Shown one piece after another: positions 7,617 through 8,898 of a stretch of DNA of 8,898 nucleotides (position 1 is its first letter; each line of letters starts with the position of its first letter). The position numbers and the translations under genes were made by a program. This DNA is from Octopus sinensis (taxonomy: Eukaryota). The notes under the pieces are model-generated. The model ran no database searches. It had not been told where the DNA came from and saw only the letters and a list, made by a program, of their open reading frames with translations. The stretch covers positions 1 to 8,898 of the forward strand of contig NW_021828259.1 in NCBI RefSeq assembly GCF_006345805.1, read 5' to 3'.

Positions 7617-7828
7617 AATGTTTCTGCTGCTCGTGAATAAATCGAAAGCGCAATAACGGCAACTGGGCAGATGAAGGTAAATGCAGGAAGGATAGATAAG
7701 TGATGAGAGACAAACTCAGGCTGCGATAAGAAGGTCAGGGCGAAAGAAAGATACCAAGAAGCGAATTTAAAATATAAGAATAAAAATGGGCGAAGACGGT
7801 GATAGAAAGCATTCAAACGGTTGTTAGT

Positions 7829-8480
7829 AATACAACTTCTTGCTATCCAGTAATAGTTTTCAGGAGTCTGGTTAAAGAAGTTAGCAGAAGAGATTCCAGC
7901 CTGTTTTCGAATAAAGAGATCTTTGACGCACGGTCTCTCACTACAACGGGGCCGTAGCTATCAATGGTTTTAAGGACAGAGTTAGTTATATGCCTAGCCC
8001 TAACCCCACCAAGAGGAAACGCACGCCACGGCATGGTTATATGGTTTACTCTCCCGTTTTCCCTTAACGTAAAAACTTGTCTAGGTATGGGCTTCCTCAG
8101 TTTAGTCGGTAAGCATTCTCCTGATGCGTGCGTGCTTGATATAAATAAAATATCAGTAAGAAGGCCCAAGAAACGTGCTCATGTACAAGTAATGCCAGTA
8201 TACCTCTAATCGACAAAAGAGAATGCATTACAGAAACCATTATGCAATTATGTATGAGGTGGTGTGAGTGTCGAAAGGGTCCCAGTGGTGCAAACGAAAC
8301 ATACGGAAATATGTAGAAGCATATTTTAATATCCAAGAGAGGCGAAATGCCACAAAACTATAGCGAGACACGTATGGACTTGAAGGAAAATGTTGCGCAA
8401 TATGATATCTGCAGAAGACGGCTATTTTAATTTAATACGACTTCAATGGCGTATGTTGCATCTATTTAGCCGACCATATA
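7829..8480 (+). pseudogene. Decayed Penelope-like retroelement (RT C-terminus/thumb, linker, C-terminal half of the GIY-YIG endonuclease)
   Basis: Hand translation across frameshifts gives NTTSCYPVIVFRSLVKEVSRRDSSLFSNKEIFDA (7829-7930), HYNGAVAINGFKDRVSYMP...KRKR (7939-8022), VIWFTLPFSLNVKTCLGMGFLSLVGKHSP (8036-8122), CSCTSN (8176-8193), CECRK (8263-8277), YFNIQERRNATKL (8322-8360) and HVW/DLKEN...YDI (8369-8409). The motif order is colinear with PLE proteins as I recall them: SNHPP, ISRRIS, IIWFNPPFS.NVKTN.G..FL.L.DKHFP, YSC..N, CNCR, RNATELS.YIW.LKE. The match beyond ~8410 is weak. Confidence 0.85.
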
Positions 8481-8898
8481 TTGTTTTTAAACACGGTATA
8501 TCAATGAGATTTTATCTCAGACGAATACAGCAGTAATTGTCTGTCAACGATGGATAGGCATTAGATATTGGCTGTTTTAATTAATACTGTTTGAATTGCG
8601 GATTCTGGATTTTATGTGGTCAGATGGTACACGCAATGTTTATTCTGTTTCCTGTATATCAGAGGCGCCAGGTTTTGTCGAGGCATGTGGCGTGATGTGA
8701 CTACACGCCGTCGATAACAACTAAGTAGATTAATGTATATCAAATGTTCACTCTAGCCGCTGCTGGGACAATTTTTCGTCACTTCTTATATTATATTGTA
8801 ATTTTAAACACGGTACGTCCGTAAGAGATGTTATTTCAGGACGAATACCACAATATTTCGCCTGTATACGGTTTGTATACACATTAAGTATGGTACTT
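8477..8898 (+). repeat. Decayed direct repeat, period ~317 bp
   Basis: Seen: TTTTAAACACGGTA is exact at 8485 and 8802, preceded by TATATTGT (8477, 8792). Both copies continue GAGAT.TTAT.TCAG(G)ACGAATAC and then CTGT...CATTA. The second copy runs off the window end. Confidence 0.7.

Noticed and set aside
5183-7816. Many YI/HT/CV/VY-repeat ORFs
   Set aside because: These are translations of dinucleotide microsatellites in all six frames.
1-8898. CRISPR array, rRNA or prokaryotic operon
   Set aside because: There are no regularly spaced repeats with unique spacers, no rRNA-like sequence and no gene-dense coding. The content is typical animal repetitive DNA.

Overview
Eukaryotic, repeat-dominated DNA with no supported intact protein-coding gene, RNA gene or CRISPR array. 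The SINE families match what I recall from octopus (coleoid cephalopod) genomes; this assignment is from memory, not a database search. The window holds at least four tRNA-type SINE families. These include a full-length young SINE (3566-3917, 13-bp TSD) nested in an older SINE, and a 5'-truncated SINE (1933-2068) with a perfect 15-bp TSD. There is also a decayed Penelope-like retroelement (RT C-terminus, linker and GIY-YIG C-terminal half, ~7829-8480) that the ORF track only partly shows because of frameshifts. Large trinucleotide (1-662, 4325-4620) and AT/AC/GT microsatellite fields (5448-7616) generate nearly all listed ORFs. Best leads: (i) the target site of the truncated SINE is a 15/17 inverted copy of a sequence inside the SINE itself; (ii) the Penelope relic seems to lack its GIY-YIG catalytic segment and is followed by a decayed direct repeat that may be a pseudo-LTR; (iii) a promoter-like island at ~4030-5290 has G4 tracts, divergent YY1-type motifs and paired CCAAT boxes. 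I found no well-supported novel system; these are leads only.
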